NCBI GenBank assembly: GCA_002269645.1
Contig: NIVC01001310.1
Location: 284,209-348,208 of the forward strand
From: Macrostomum lignano
Lineage: Eukaryota
Direction of reading: 5' to 3'
DNA length: 64,000 nucleotides
Shown one piece after another: positions 1 through 15,243 of this stretch (its first letter is position 1; every line of letters starts with the position of its first letter). Under the pieces are notes generated by a model that was not told the origin of the DNA, ran no database searches, and saw only the letters and a list, made by a program, of their open reading frames with translations. Position numbers and translations under genes: made by a program.

Positions 1-605
1 CAAGAAATAAACTGAACAGCCTGGCCCAATAGAAGACTAATGGCAGTCCTAGAGCGGCAAAGTTCTGCAATATAAACATGCAAATGGCTACTTGCTTAAT
101 TGGTTCAAGCCCGTATAGTTATTTAAATAGTATGCAACGAATTGCCAAAACGTGCTCAATTCTCGTAACAGAATTTGTTGCCAATGAAGAAGCAAACCTT
201 TCTATAACAAACAGTGAATAAAGTTAATGAAAAAATTGAGGGCAATATCAAAAAAGCTGAAATTGGCAGAAAGGAAGAAATGACCAAGTAAGGTAATGAT
301 GGAATTATATAAAAGAAGTCTATAATAAAGTTCTGCTCCGCCCAATAAAAAAAGAAAACAAAATTAAGTTGTAAAGCTTTGGTTTTATTGTCCAAAACTG
401 AGCACGTAAAGAAATTGTATGAAGTATAGAGTAGCAAATATACCCCGTGCGCCACAAGTGGACGCGAAGTTCGAACGATGTTATGAAGCTACTAAGCATA
501 CACTCGTACGTAAAGGTACTTGTAGATTGCAGGTAGTAATTTCCATGTATTAATTTGATTAAAAATTCATTTTACGATCTGTCGTATCACACGCAATACT
601 TAGCT

Positions 606-1395
606 GTTTAAAGTTCCAGCTCCTGTCTAGAGAGTAATGTTTAATTATCGGGTGTTTAAAGTTCCAGCTCCTGTCTAGAGAGTAATGTGTAATTATCGGG
701 TGTTTAAAGTTCCAGCTCCTGTCTAGAGAGTAATGTGTAATTATCGGGTGTTTAAAGTTCCAGCTCCTGTCTAGAGAGTAATGTTTAATTATCGGGTGTT
801 TAAAGTTCCAGCTCCTGTCTAGAGAGTAATGTTTAATTATCGGGTGTTTAAAGTTCCAGCTCCTGTCTAGAGAGTAATGTTTAATTATCGGGTGTTTAAA
901 GTTCCAGCTCCTGTCTAGAGAGTAATGTTAATTATCGGGTGTTTAAAGTTCCAGCTCCTGTCTAGAGAGTAATGTTTAATTATCGGGTGTTTAAAGTTCC
1001 AGCTCCTGTCTAGAGAGTAATGTTTAATTATCGGGTGTTTAAAGTTCCAGCTCCTGTCTAGAGAGTAATGTTTAATTATCGGGTGTTTAAAGTTCCAGCT
1101 CCTGTCTAGAGAGTAATGTTTAATTATCGGGTGTTTAAAGTTCCAGCTCCTGTCTAGAGAGTAATGTGTAATTATCGGGTGTTTAAAGTTCCAGCTCCTG
1201 TCTAGAGAGTAATGTTTAATTATCGGGTGTTTAAAGTTCCAGCTCCTGTCTAGAGAGTAATGTGTAATTATCGGGAGTTTAAAGTTCCAGCTCCTGTCTA
1301 GAGAGTAATGTTTAATTATCGTCTGTTTAAAATTCCAGCTCGGGAGTGTCTGTAAAATTCCAGCTCCTGTCTAGAGAGTGATGTGTAATTATCGG
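606..1395. repeat. 48-bp tandem minisatellite, ~16 copies
   Basis: Unit GTTTAAAGTTCCAGCTCCTGTCTAGAGAGTAATGT(T/G)TAATTATCGGGT repeats head-to-tail with period 48 (606, 654, ...) and degenerates after ~1320. No spacers. Confidence 0.95.
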
Positions 1396-3577
1396 TTGCT
1401 GTTTCCCGCCTATAGTCTCGCTTAGTGTCTCCTTCATTTAGACGAGTGAGCATGTGTTTTGAATTATGGATCTTTTAAAGTTTTCTCACTGCGACGAGGA
1501 CGGATCGTTTTATTTTGATGAAGAGTGAGGATGGTGACGTTGAAAGCGCCAGCAGCTTGAGGACGTCGAAATGGAGGAAGAACACGAGTGGCAAAGCTAT
1601 CCGGACCAGGCCTCTTGTCGTCGGGAACGGCTGTGGTAAAAATTCCAACAAATTTGGCCCATAGAGATTGATTTTATGCCGTCTAGCTTGGAGGTAGACA
1701 GAATGGACGAAAACGGCCATCCGTCTGCCTATGGTTAAAATACGTCTAGGTATCTAAATGTCTAGGTGTTAAAATACCAGCTTGATCAGGGCTGAGGGCA
1801 GCTTGAACATGTACAACTTGATAGTATAATGTAGATCAAACTAACACAAAAGTCTGCTGCTGCAAAGTTCATTTTTAAGTTAAACCAATCGATTAAACAG
1901 TACAATAAAGTTTGAGATGTTTATTACACTCGCTTTAGTATAAGTATGACAAAAAAGCGAGTTGTGACAAAAATGATAATAATATGTGTATTTTTTCGAA
2001 AAACAGCAACGAGCAGTGCGAGTGGAACTACCAATATAAAGAAAAATTAAAAACACGCGGAACAAAGATTAACGAAAGTGATATTTTTTATATATATAAC
2101 ACTAAAGCACTAAGCACTGCGGGGTTAAAAGTGTAGCAAAGCGAAAACACTGAGACGCGCAAAGTAATAATAATACGAATTGGAAATTATCGATGCTTTT
2201 TAAGAAGCTTCCCTACATGATTTGATCCTCCCAACTTCCAGTACAAGCCTTTATTTAACCAGCTAGAGAGGAGGGGAGAGGAGAGCTAAGAAGAGACAAA
2301 CACTCAGCGGGTGAAAACGGTTACCCAGGCCAAGAAGCATCCCAGAGTCGTGATTAGAAACGCAGGTAGAATAGGAAAGAAATTGACTGTAGACCACTCT
2401 TTAAGACGAGGTGTCACGGTGTACAAGTCGTCAAAAGTCGCTTAAAAGTCGCTTAAAAGCGTTTTATTGTCTGCGACTCTGGGGCCGTAGAGACGTACTT
2501 AAGGCCTGCTAGAGTGCATATGACGAATCAGAGTCGCGCTTGACGAATCTGTTGCGCTTGTGACGCAACAGTCGCCTGTTCGTGGCATTAGACACGTTTG
2601 AGTCGTTAAAAAAGTTTACAAGAGTCGCCCTAGAATCGCCAGAGAGTTGTTTGAAAACGAATTTTTCAGCGATTCTTGTCACGGTAAGGTTTGAAACGGG
2701 AGAAGAGGCTTTGCGAGTTGGAGTCTGCCAGAACCCTGATCTAGATGACCAATGCATTCACAACATAAACACTAATATAACAGGCTAAATTCAGCTTTCA
2801 CCAACCGTGTACTTTTGCAAGCTTACTTACAAAGTCTGTTACTCGTATTTTGTTACTTTCTTAAACTATACTGTATTTAAAGCCTATCCCCAAGCGACTT
2901 AGATATTACACAAAATACAAATAGAACAATAAAAAGACAGTTAAATAGAACAGCTATGGACATAAATAAAGACGGAGAATTTGAAAGCGCTGAACTTTGC
3001 CAAACAATTTTAACACGATTCGACGTTGCCTTGGTTACTCGAGTTAAAAAAGTGTTTACACACTTTTATACACGATGTTTTCAGACAATCAAGTAAATAA
3101 GAAAAGTAAAAATATAAGCACACTTACTTACTGTGCCACTGTTAGATCAGCCAGTAGTGCAGACAGCACTTTTCTTGCTCGATTTTTTACACAATTTCGT
3201 TCTTTTACATATTCTCAAAAGGCATCATACGTTATCGAAAGCGAGAAATGCTATTCCAGGGTTAATATTGTCCGCAACAACGGTCGCCAACCTTGCACTT
3301 TGTTAATTAATTACAAAAATTCAACTGCCAGTTGCTAGGAGTACATATAACACACAGACACTGACATTAGTTATTTTATCCAAGCTATAGATTAAGTGAA
3401 GAGAAAAACCTGCTTTAAATTAGAGTTAAAATTTACTACTTTAGCATAGAGACACGAAGCTTAACTTGGCATTTAAACTGATGCAGCCGTTTGGACAGCC
3501 AAAATGTTCGATGTGGGGAACAAATCTGTGTGTAAATAGTTAACTAAATACAAGAGAGTAGCGGTGGCCCAGTAAAA

Positions 3578-3880
3578 GAGGATCTGGGAGGCTGGCCCAG
3601 CAACTGAGGATCTGGGAGGCTGGCCCAGCAACTGAGGATCTGGGAGGCTGGCCCAGCAACTGAGGATCTGGGAGGCTGGCTCAGCAACTGGGGATCTGGG
3701 AGATCGTGGCCCAGAATCTGAGAATCTAAGAGGCTGGCCCCCAAACTGAGGATCTGAGAGGTTGGCACAAAAACTGAGGATCAATAAGGCTGGCCCAGCA
3801 ACTGGGGATCTGGGAGGCTGGCCCAGCAACTGGGGATCTGGGAGGCTGGCACAACAACTGGGGATCTGGGAGGCGGTGGC
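3578..3880. repeat. 28-bp degenerate tandem repeat, ~10 copies
   Basis: Unit GAGGATCTGGGAGGCTGGCCCAGCAACT with period 28 (3601, 3629, ...). It explains the repetitive ORFs 3473-3973 and 3544-3768. Confidence 0.85.
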
Positions 3881-4051
3881 CCATCTTAAAGATTCAAAGG
3901 TTATATAATAAACTAAGGATTGAGTTTTTCCCTGAATGGCACCAGCACGCAGTAGTGCAAAACAAAACTGCAATCCAGCTTTTAAACAGCCAAGTAAACA
4001 TCACTTGCAGAATGCACAGTTCAGCTCTCGGAGCGTGACCAATGCCATCAA

Positions 4052-7177
<3,126 letters not shown>

Positions 7178-10100
7178 TATTTTTGATTAATTAATAGATT
7201 TCACAAGACTTCTTTTGAATTAAAAACTCTAAAATTTTAGTACAGAATTTTAAATATTATAAAGGCCATCTATTAGTACTAAGAAAATTGTAATAGGTAG
7301 TTTAGACTTAATGATCTTATGATATGAATTTCATCATGTATATCTTATGAGTCACCAAAGGCACCAAAAGTCTATAGGCACCAAAGTCTTTAAGATAGTA
7401 TGGGCATTTACAAAGGCCCTATATTCTGCATATTTTATCAATGATCTATAAATTGACAATGGCTATGTCATATAAAGGATTTTATATACTTGTAGTAATA
7501 GAGTATAACTTTAAAAGTTAGTATATATTATTAAATTTCTTAAAAGACATCATTATTTCTTACAATAGTAGGCTCATTCCATATAAGATAGACATATTTG
7601 GAAAATAAAAAAAAGTCAATATTTTTGCTTGCCATTGCCTTATAGGCCTATTTTTTTACCAAAAGTTTTTTATGTGCAATATATACAATCTAAGAATAAA
7701 GGAATGGTAAAATGTTGGATTAGTATGTTATCAATTGGCAAAAAGTCATTTTTGTAAACTTTTGGACATTTTTTGAAGCAAAATACATTATTAAGATTTT
7801 GTATCTTTTAAAAACAGATAGAAAGCTTTTGAAGGTTGAAACAAACTATAGATAAAAGTATAGTACTTGCATCATCAGATAAAAGCATTGGTGACCAAAT
7901 AATCTATTATATTTTTAATGTATTAGTACCACAAAGTTACTAAATTGACAGAAAAAATATATTAGGACCATGATGTTACGACCATAAGGCTGCCTTTTCT
8001 TTTGTATCTTTGTCGCATTTTGAGTTTATATATTCTAATAAAAGAGTATGATTTCTAAATATGTTCTTAGTCAAATTTTAAAAATGTATTGCAAAATATC
8101 AAAAATGAAAAATGTTATAAGACTTTTACCTTTTGGTTTCTATATGTCAAAAATCCTGTCGTTACAACCATAAGTGTCATTTAAGGTTTAATAGCATCTA
8201 TACTAATGATGATTTCTATATGAAACTCTATAAATATATTCTAGACAAAATAATCTTTCATTTAAAATATTGGTTTAGTATATTCTATTATTAGATTTCA
8301 TTTTATAAGTAAAAATAGCCTGTCATGTTACGACTGTGCTTATATGGAATGAGCTAGTAAGCACTTTTATCAAGGAGCAGAATAGGTCAGTAATAACACA
8401 TTTGATTTATATGGCGAACCCTATTGGAGTGATTTTAAAATAAGTTGTGGATCCTTGTGCTAAGCATATAAATTTGCAGGTTTTTGGAAATAAACAGGTA
8501 TTAAGGCCAACCTCCAAGTTTCAAAGTGTACATGCTTAATGATTGGGAAGTCAAGACTAGGCCTGCCCTTGCCCACAGCATTAGTAATAGCACTTCCTAC
8601 ACTAGTGGTAGGCAGTATATCTTAGTACAGATGAGGTGGCTTGCTAGCTAGAGTCACCAAAAGTACAAGTCACTTAGATGGACTAGGCTAGCAGTCATAC
8701 ATGTGCAACAACTGGTTGAGCCAGCTGGCTAATGAGGGGCCTGGCCAAAGTAAGTTGCAAAAATGCCAACCCAAAAAATAGACATTTACTAATTAGCTGG
8801 CAAGGCATTTAGTCTTAATAATATAGTCATAATTATTCTTGCCATTTACCTAAAACTATGTTAATGTTTGCTTTGGTTTCCTTCATAGATAAATTAAATA
8901 TTTGGTCAAAAAGTGGTGGCAGTGCAGCAAGTCTGATTAGGGGGAGTGGCAGCTAGGTAATTATCTCTTCCTAGCAAATTTTTAGAATTAGAGCAGTGCA
9001 GTATGCAAAAAGTTCAAAATAGTGCATATAATGAGCATACACTAAAAATTATGGTGGGGCACCTTATGGAGATATGGAAGGGTCATCACCCCCCTAAGGG
9101 GATAGAGGATGGTCATTTTGGGGCAGCAGCCCCCTCTGCCCCCTGCCTATAGTGCTATTGAAAAAATAAGTTATAAAGCCAGTCAATAGTAGGATCATGT
9201 ATGTGTGCACTAGAAGTTACCCAAAAATATGCAAATATTTTATTTTTTAATAATTTTTAATTAATGTGCTGGGTATACTAGTGATGGATTGAAATTCAAT
9301 TTCAATTTCGATATTCTGAATTTTGAAACTTATTTTGCATTGAAATAATTTTAATTTTGAATTTCAACACCATTCATAAAAAATCATTTTGAATTTTGGT
9401 TATATTTTAACAATTTAGACATTGATGATCATGCTACACAAGTAAGAAAATCTATAGGAAGTGAAAGGAAGCGCGGTTCAAAGACTCAGTGGGGAGGTGA
9501 GAATTGCCTTTTCTACAAGAAAAGATTGTGCGGGGCACACACCGTTCCAGGCCTTGTGCTGCACCCACCTCAACCTCTACAAGCCCACTGGCTAAACTCA
9601 TCAGCGTGAATTTTAATTGGCTAAAGACTTAAAGCCTTAATGAAATGGATATAGGCTACTTATATCTAGATCTTCAGCTTAAACAGTGGTAAAGTATAAT
9701 AACTTCTACTATATTTCTATATACGAGTGTATAATACATAATACACCAGCATTTTCTATTTTGTATTTTTAAAGTAAGTTAAATCTTAAGTATTCTGGTT
9801 TAAACATATCAAAGATATTTTTTTATAAAACATGTAAGCTCATACAGGCAGAGGCAAGGTGTTAACCTTTTTGCATGATTAGCAAAAAAGTAAAAATTTG
9901 TTAAGCTCAAAAAATTCAATTTTGATTTCAATTTCAAATTTGAGTTGAAAAATAATTTCAATCCATCGCTAGGGTATACCAGGCAAAAAATGCATTAGTG
10001 CACTAGGTGTGCCAGTGGTAAGTCTGCAATCTCTTAGTCCTTAGCTTATTCTAGCTTTAACACTAACATTTATATAAATTAAAAAAGTGCAAACATTTTT

Positions 10101-12185
10101 TTGATAAAACTATTATTCTTTATATATGTACAATATATTTGCAAAAGAATTGTTAAATTATATAGGCCTACTTACAACCTAATGCTATATAAAAAAATTT
10201 TTTAACTTCTTTTAAATACTAAAATTTAAATAAGGCCTAACTTAAATGTGATTTATTGTGCTTATATATGTGCATACCCCCTGATTTATACTGGCCATGC
10301 AACTTATCTATAAAAGAAACCAAGGCAAAATTAACACAATTTTAGGTAAATGGCAAGAGTAACTATGACTGTCTTATCAAGGCTGAATACCTTTCATCAT
10401 CTAATTAGTACTACTTTATATTCTTTTAAGTGGGCATTTTTGCAACTTACCCCTAGTCTACCACAATTTAAAGTGGCTAGATTAGCCTGGTCAGACAGCA
10501 TTTGCACATAATATATACTTGTATTTAAAACAATAGTGGCATGGTGCAATCTTTTCAAAGTCTAAAATAAGTATGCTATATAATCCATGCTATATACCAA
10601 AATTCAAGCATATATGCACCACAAGACTTTTTAAAAAAATTGTGCTAGCATGCACTAGGCCTAGCTGTCAAATGCTTGCCAGAAATTTCTAGCACAAATT
10701 ATATGATCTTATATATGATGGCTTGTGTTGTATAAGCCAAGGAGATTGCACATGTATAATAAGCAATAATACAAAATCACATTGGTAACTTGCTTGAAAC
10801 CATAGTAATAGTAAGCCAGCCAATATGTAAATTAATAATCCTTATATAAGAATATATAACTACTATGTATCTACTAACCTATCTAGATGACTAGAGGGGC
10901 GCATGACTAAGACCGCCACACACCAAAACCACCACAGCTATTACTGGCTACTAGTATTAAGGGGGAGCTACCAATCTTCTAGTATTACTATTCCTCTCAT
11001 AGGTTCTTTTCTTGCTGCTGGCTCTCCTACCCACTTATCTCCTCTCTAGCACTATCTAATAATATATAAATTCAAATTTCTCCCTTAGCTCTCCAAGTGT
11101 GGCAGACAGTCTTGGTCCTACACCTCTAGAGGCCCTTTAAAATTAAACTAATGTAGACCAAGGATTCAAGGAAGAGCAAAAAGAAAAGAGCAGACATGGC
11201 AAGCAAAAGAAAATTTAGTCTAGAAAAGCAAATATAGAAAAGACAAAACAAAACAACAAATTTAAAAAAATGAATAGGCCTAAAAAAACTAAAGTAGGCC
11301 TATGTTAGTTATAGATAGCAGATAATTTCAAAGGTTGCATTTATGTTATGATGATTTTTATTAAGGCAAAAGGTAGGGCTGTAGCAATATAAGATTTATA
11401 TTTAATTATAAATTATATTGCCTAAGTTCAATAAACTTATTATAGATCATTTTAATTCAATAAAAAAGGTGATAGGCCTAATAGAATCATTCATGTCATA
11501 CTATAATGGAATCCTTTAACCAGAGCCATAGGGCATAAAATAATAGTACTAGTAGCGTAGCTGTCTACTAATAGGCCCTCTAGGCTTATTTCAATAGGGC
11601 ATAGGCCATAGGACATAGGCCTAGGCCTATGCATAGCCTGTAGCCCTATAGCCATGGGATTAGGCCTAGCTAGGCCTAGTGGCTAGCTAAAAAAGCTTTT
11701 TCATTTGTTTTCCATTTATATATATCTATAACTGCTTTAAACAAATAGGTAACCATTTATTATAGAAGTTGTAGGCTTATTCCAAATAAAGTTTGAATAT
11801 CTTGCAAAAACATTACCAAACAAAATTTCAACTCAAATCAAATCCATTGATGTAGGGCCTAACTCATTGAAATTGAGATAATGAGGTAGCTTTCTTGACT
11901 TCATTGAATAATTAAATCAAAGCTTTGAAAAATAGCCTAGCGGTTGAATAATGAAGATAAAGATCCAGCCTCCCACTCTATTATCAAATTATTCAGTCAG
12001 ATCGAAAGCGCAGAGCCTAGAGTATGAGAGTTCACAAATTCTAATCTTTAGCAAACACGTTTTGAAATAGTGCACAGTTTTTTATATCTTCGTTAAAACG
12101 CGATCGTGAACTTAAAATATTCGATCGATTACCATTATCATTTTATCAACATGACTAGAGGAAACGTCAACTTAAATCCGAAGTT

Positions 12186-13500
12186 AGGCTCTAAACCGCT
12201 CGCAGCGGTAGGCAAGCATGCCTGTGAAATATGAAACAGACGTTAGGCCTATGGGCTGTTGTCTGCGTCGATGTTTCACACCTGCTCAGCCTCTTCCAAA
12301 GCGTCCCGCGAGTGTTCAACGTGGACCCTAGGACCACTGGACAGACTGGGAAACGGCGCCGGTCACCCTTCCGTGGCTTTGGCCTTGAGCCTTAGCCGCT
12401 AAGGGTACGGGTTATCCCGCGGTGCGCCTACCTGTCGTTTTCCTTTGACCGTAACAGCTGGTACGCAGCTAGACTGCGGGACCTGGCACTGCTATACTGC
12501 CCTCAATGCCTAAGGTATTGACCGCGCCGAAGGGCTGAAGATCGGGGAGCAAAACCGACCGCTGTAGCTAGCGGTTTTCTTTTTTATTTTTTCCACCCTT
12601 CTTTCGTGACTCTGCTCACCCTTTCCCGCTTTCAGCCGTGGCTTCTACGGCCTCAAACAAATCCCGCTGAAGCCGGGAGGGACCCCGGCAACTCCGGCCA
12701 GAGCAACTCCGTTCTACCGGGGCATGTTGGGCTCGCCGCCGGCTCGTCAGGCGACAAGCCCGCATGCGCAACCGGGCCCTCCGTGGAGGCCCGAAGTGCC
12801 CACAATCAAACGTCGCAATTAGCGGCGACGGCGACACCGAGACAGGGAAGCTGCGGGTCGGCCACCTGCGAAGGGGAAACCTCGGGAGGTCGAAAGCTGC
12901 TGTTGGGCCGAAAGGAGCCAGCGACCCCTGCCCACCCCCCCCCCCAGCAAAAAACCCCCGTTTGATGTGCCACCCAGAAAACCTGCCATCAGCGTGACCG
13001 AGCCTTCGTGAGCTGCCGCTGCCACCAACTACGCCTCAAAACTCAAAGCTCCAACAAGCTCCTCCTCTTCGGGGAGGAGCAAGGACCTCACTGCTGATCA
13101 ACTCGACAGTGCCCATCATGGCGCACCTTTGATGCTGCGCTTATGACCAGCCAAGATCGAAGGCCGCATCTTTATCTGGTGCAACTCGGAGGCGATCCTG
13201 CCAAAGCTGCATGCACCCTGACCTCGAGGTCAACGGGATCCTATACACCACGGCACTTCCCGTACGGAGAAGGGGACCATGCACAGTGATCCTAGGGCTC
13301 TCTAACGCTTGGGCTAAGCGCTTGCCGCCTAAGCCACAATTCAGCTTGGTCTAACTCAGCTGACCATCCTCCGTTGCGAGGAGCGGAAAGCTGACGAAGC
13401 CAAGCATGCTGAGGCTTCCGAAACCGGAACTGGGGCCCAGGCTCCTCCGGTAAAGAAGCTGAGGCAAACGGCTGACTCAAGCCCGGTAAGGCAGTCCGCG
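12186..13500 (+). mobile_element. Possible degenerate non-LTR retrotransposon 5' UTR / ORF1 fragment
   Basis: GC/CpG-rich block with several small hairpins (ACCGCT-CGC-AGCGGT, CCTTAGC-C-GCTAAGG), followed by a Pro/Ser/Ala-rich stop-interrupted reading frame. No RT or zinc knuckle is visible. Confidence 0.25.
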
Positions 13501-14511
13501 CTGCTGAAACCAGCAATCGCAACCGCAAACCTGCCAGGAGCACCCGGAGGTGCGGTCTGATTCAGCGCGCGCTGAGCGCCTCCGGGCGCTCCGCGGGTCC
13601 GCGATAGGGTGTTCTAATAGATGTTTGGTAGATCAGTGGTTCAAGGCAGCTTTAACCCCCAAGGTGTAGCCCCTCCTAGATTCGTCTTTGATTGCAGGTA
13701 CATGTATAATTAACAGCAGGTGTGTTTATTTGCATGTAAATGTGCATTTACATGCTTCACAGCCTTTAAGGTACATGTACGATAGTCTACTACATGAATA
13801 TGCAGTTAATAGATCGATCAGCCTTGCATATGAATACTGTCGTGACTGCTGAAGCACAAACAGGAAGTTCTGGATTATCCTACATCAACAGGTTACACTT
13901 TCTGAGAGCGGGACGTTAACTCCTCTAACTGGATCGAGTTACCCGCGGTCAAATCCAATGTTGCCAGGGAAAGCTGCTGTTAATGAGAAGCGAGCCATCT
14001 GTGCGCACGCCAAAACTCGATCGATGGACACAAGCAGAATCATAATTTACTCGTATCTACATTGTTCTGTTTGTTTGTGCCGAAGGCTAGTAAGAAATTT
14101 TACATTCGAGTAAGGCCTATACCTATGTAAGTGGCCCAAGTGGTGCAAGTTACACTAAAGAATACGTGTAACTACGAGCTACCTCGTCATGCATGTATTT
14201 CTGCTCAAGCTAAAGGATTCTACCGAAGTAAATTTAGTTTGCTAGAGTGCAGTGGAAAATGTTTCAAAGAGAGGGAAAACCGCAGTTTAAAAATAGAATC
14301 GTCTTAAAAATAGTCTCGTAGCTCCAAGTTCAATTACATGTAAATTGTTGTACATGTAACATGTTAGTTACGGAATTACGGAGAAAATATAGAAGAAACA
14401 GTTCAAAGTGCAGCTGTGGAAAAATTGCTTAAAAATATGATCAAAATTTCAAAAGATACAAACTCATAAGGTAAAAATTGAAACTGTCAGAAGAAAATAA
14501 ATAAGGAATCC

Positions 14512-15243
14512 TCAGTACATGATGCTGCTTAAGTCCCTAGGTCGACGGCCCCGATCAACTTCATCATCGTCATCGCTGTCTGCATAGACGCTCCTGTTCT
14601 TATCCGCTCTGTTGTTGGGTCTGCTGGCAGCGGAGGTGGTCCGGGACCCCCGACCCGCAGATCGGGCCCGAGATTCGCCAGCCGTTCCAGTCCCAGACAC
14701 CCGCACTGTTGGTTCCTCCAGATCATTGTCAGCTCGAGTTCGAGTTGATTTGCCGCTTCCATTTCGACTGGGACGCGATCGAGCGCTTTGAAGTCGTCGA
14801 CTAGGCTGCTCCTGCTGCGACTCTGACGTCGGTTTTGGCTCCTTAGACTCGCTTGAAGGCGACGACGGTTTCGCAGCATCGGCAGGCTGAGCCGTTCGAT
14901 TTTTGGTCGAAGATTTCGGGGATTTTTCTTTAGAGCGATCAGTGCGAGATTCGCTCTTTCGGGCAGCAGCACTGGCCCTGTCGCTTGACGCAGGCTGAGC
15001 AGTGGAATCATCTCGGCTGCTTTTTAGTTTCCTGGTGATGAAGGAGTTACATTTGCATACACTTTTGCTTTTCAGCATAATTTTTCATTATAATTGAAGG
15101 TATAATGTGTCAAATTACAGTTGGCATTCTCAGCAAAATATTCACCTGGATCTCCAAATCTTCGGATTTGTCTCGAACAGTCGCTTGTGGTTGCCGTAAA
15201 TCCAACCTGAATAGCGCTTGTGACTGTCTTCTCGGCCGCCGCC
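14512..15243 (-). CDS. Putative terminal exons of an unidentified gene encoding an S/R/K-rich low-complexity region
   Basis: Open frame 15031-14512 (SSRDDSTAQPASS...DSDDDDEVDRGRRPRDLSSIMY*) follows the acceptor TCATCACCAG. A phase-compatible upstream exon ~15243-15146 (GREDSHKRYSGWIYGNHKRLFETNPKIWRS) ends AG|GTGAAT. No recognisable domain. Confidence 0.45.

Noticed and set aside
606-1395. CRISPR-like regular repeats
   Set aside because: The units are directly adjacent with no unique spacers, the context is eukaryotic, and there are no cas genes. The same applies to the 273-bp and 51-bp arrays.
2325-2445. Frame HPRVVIRNAGRIGKKLTVDHSLRRGV resembling the LINE RT region before the RQG motif
   Set aside because: Too short and degenerate, with no other RT motifs nearby.
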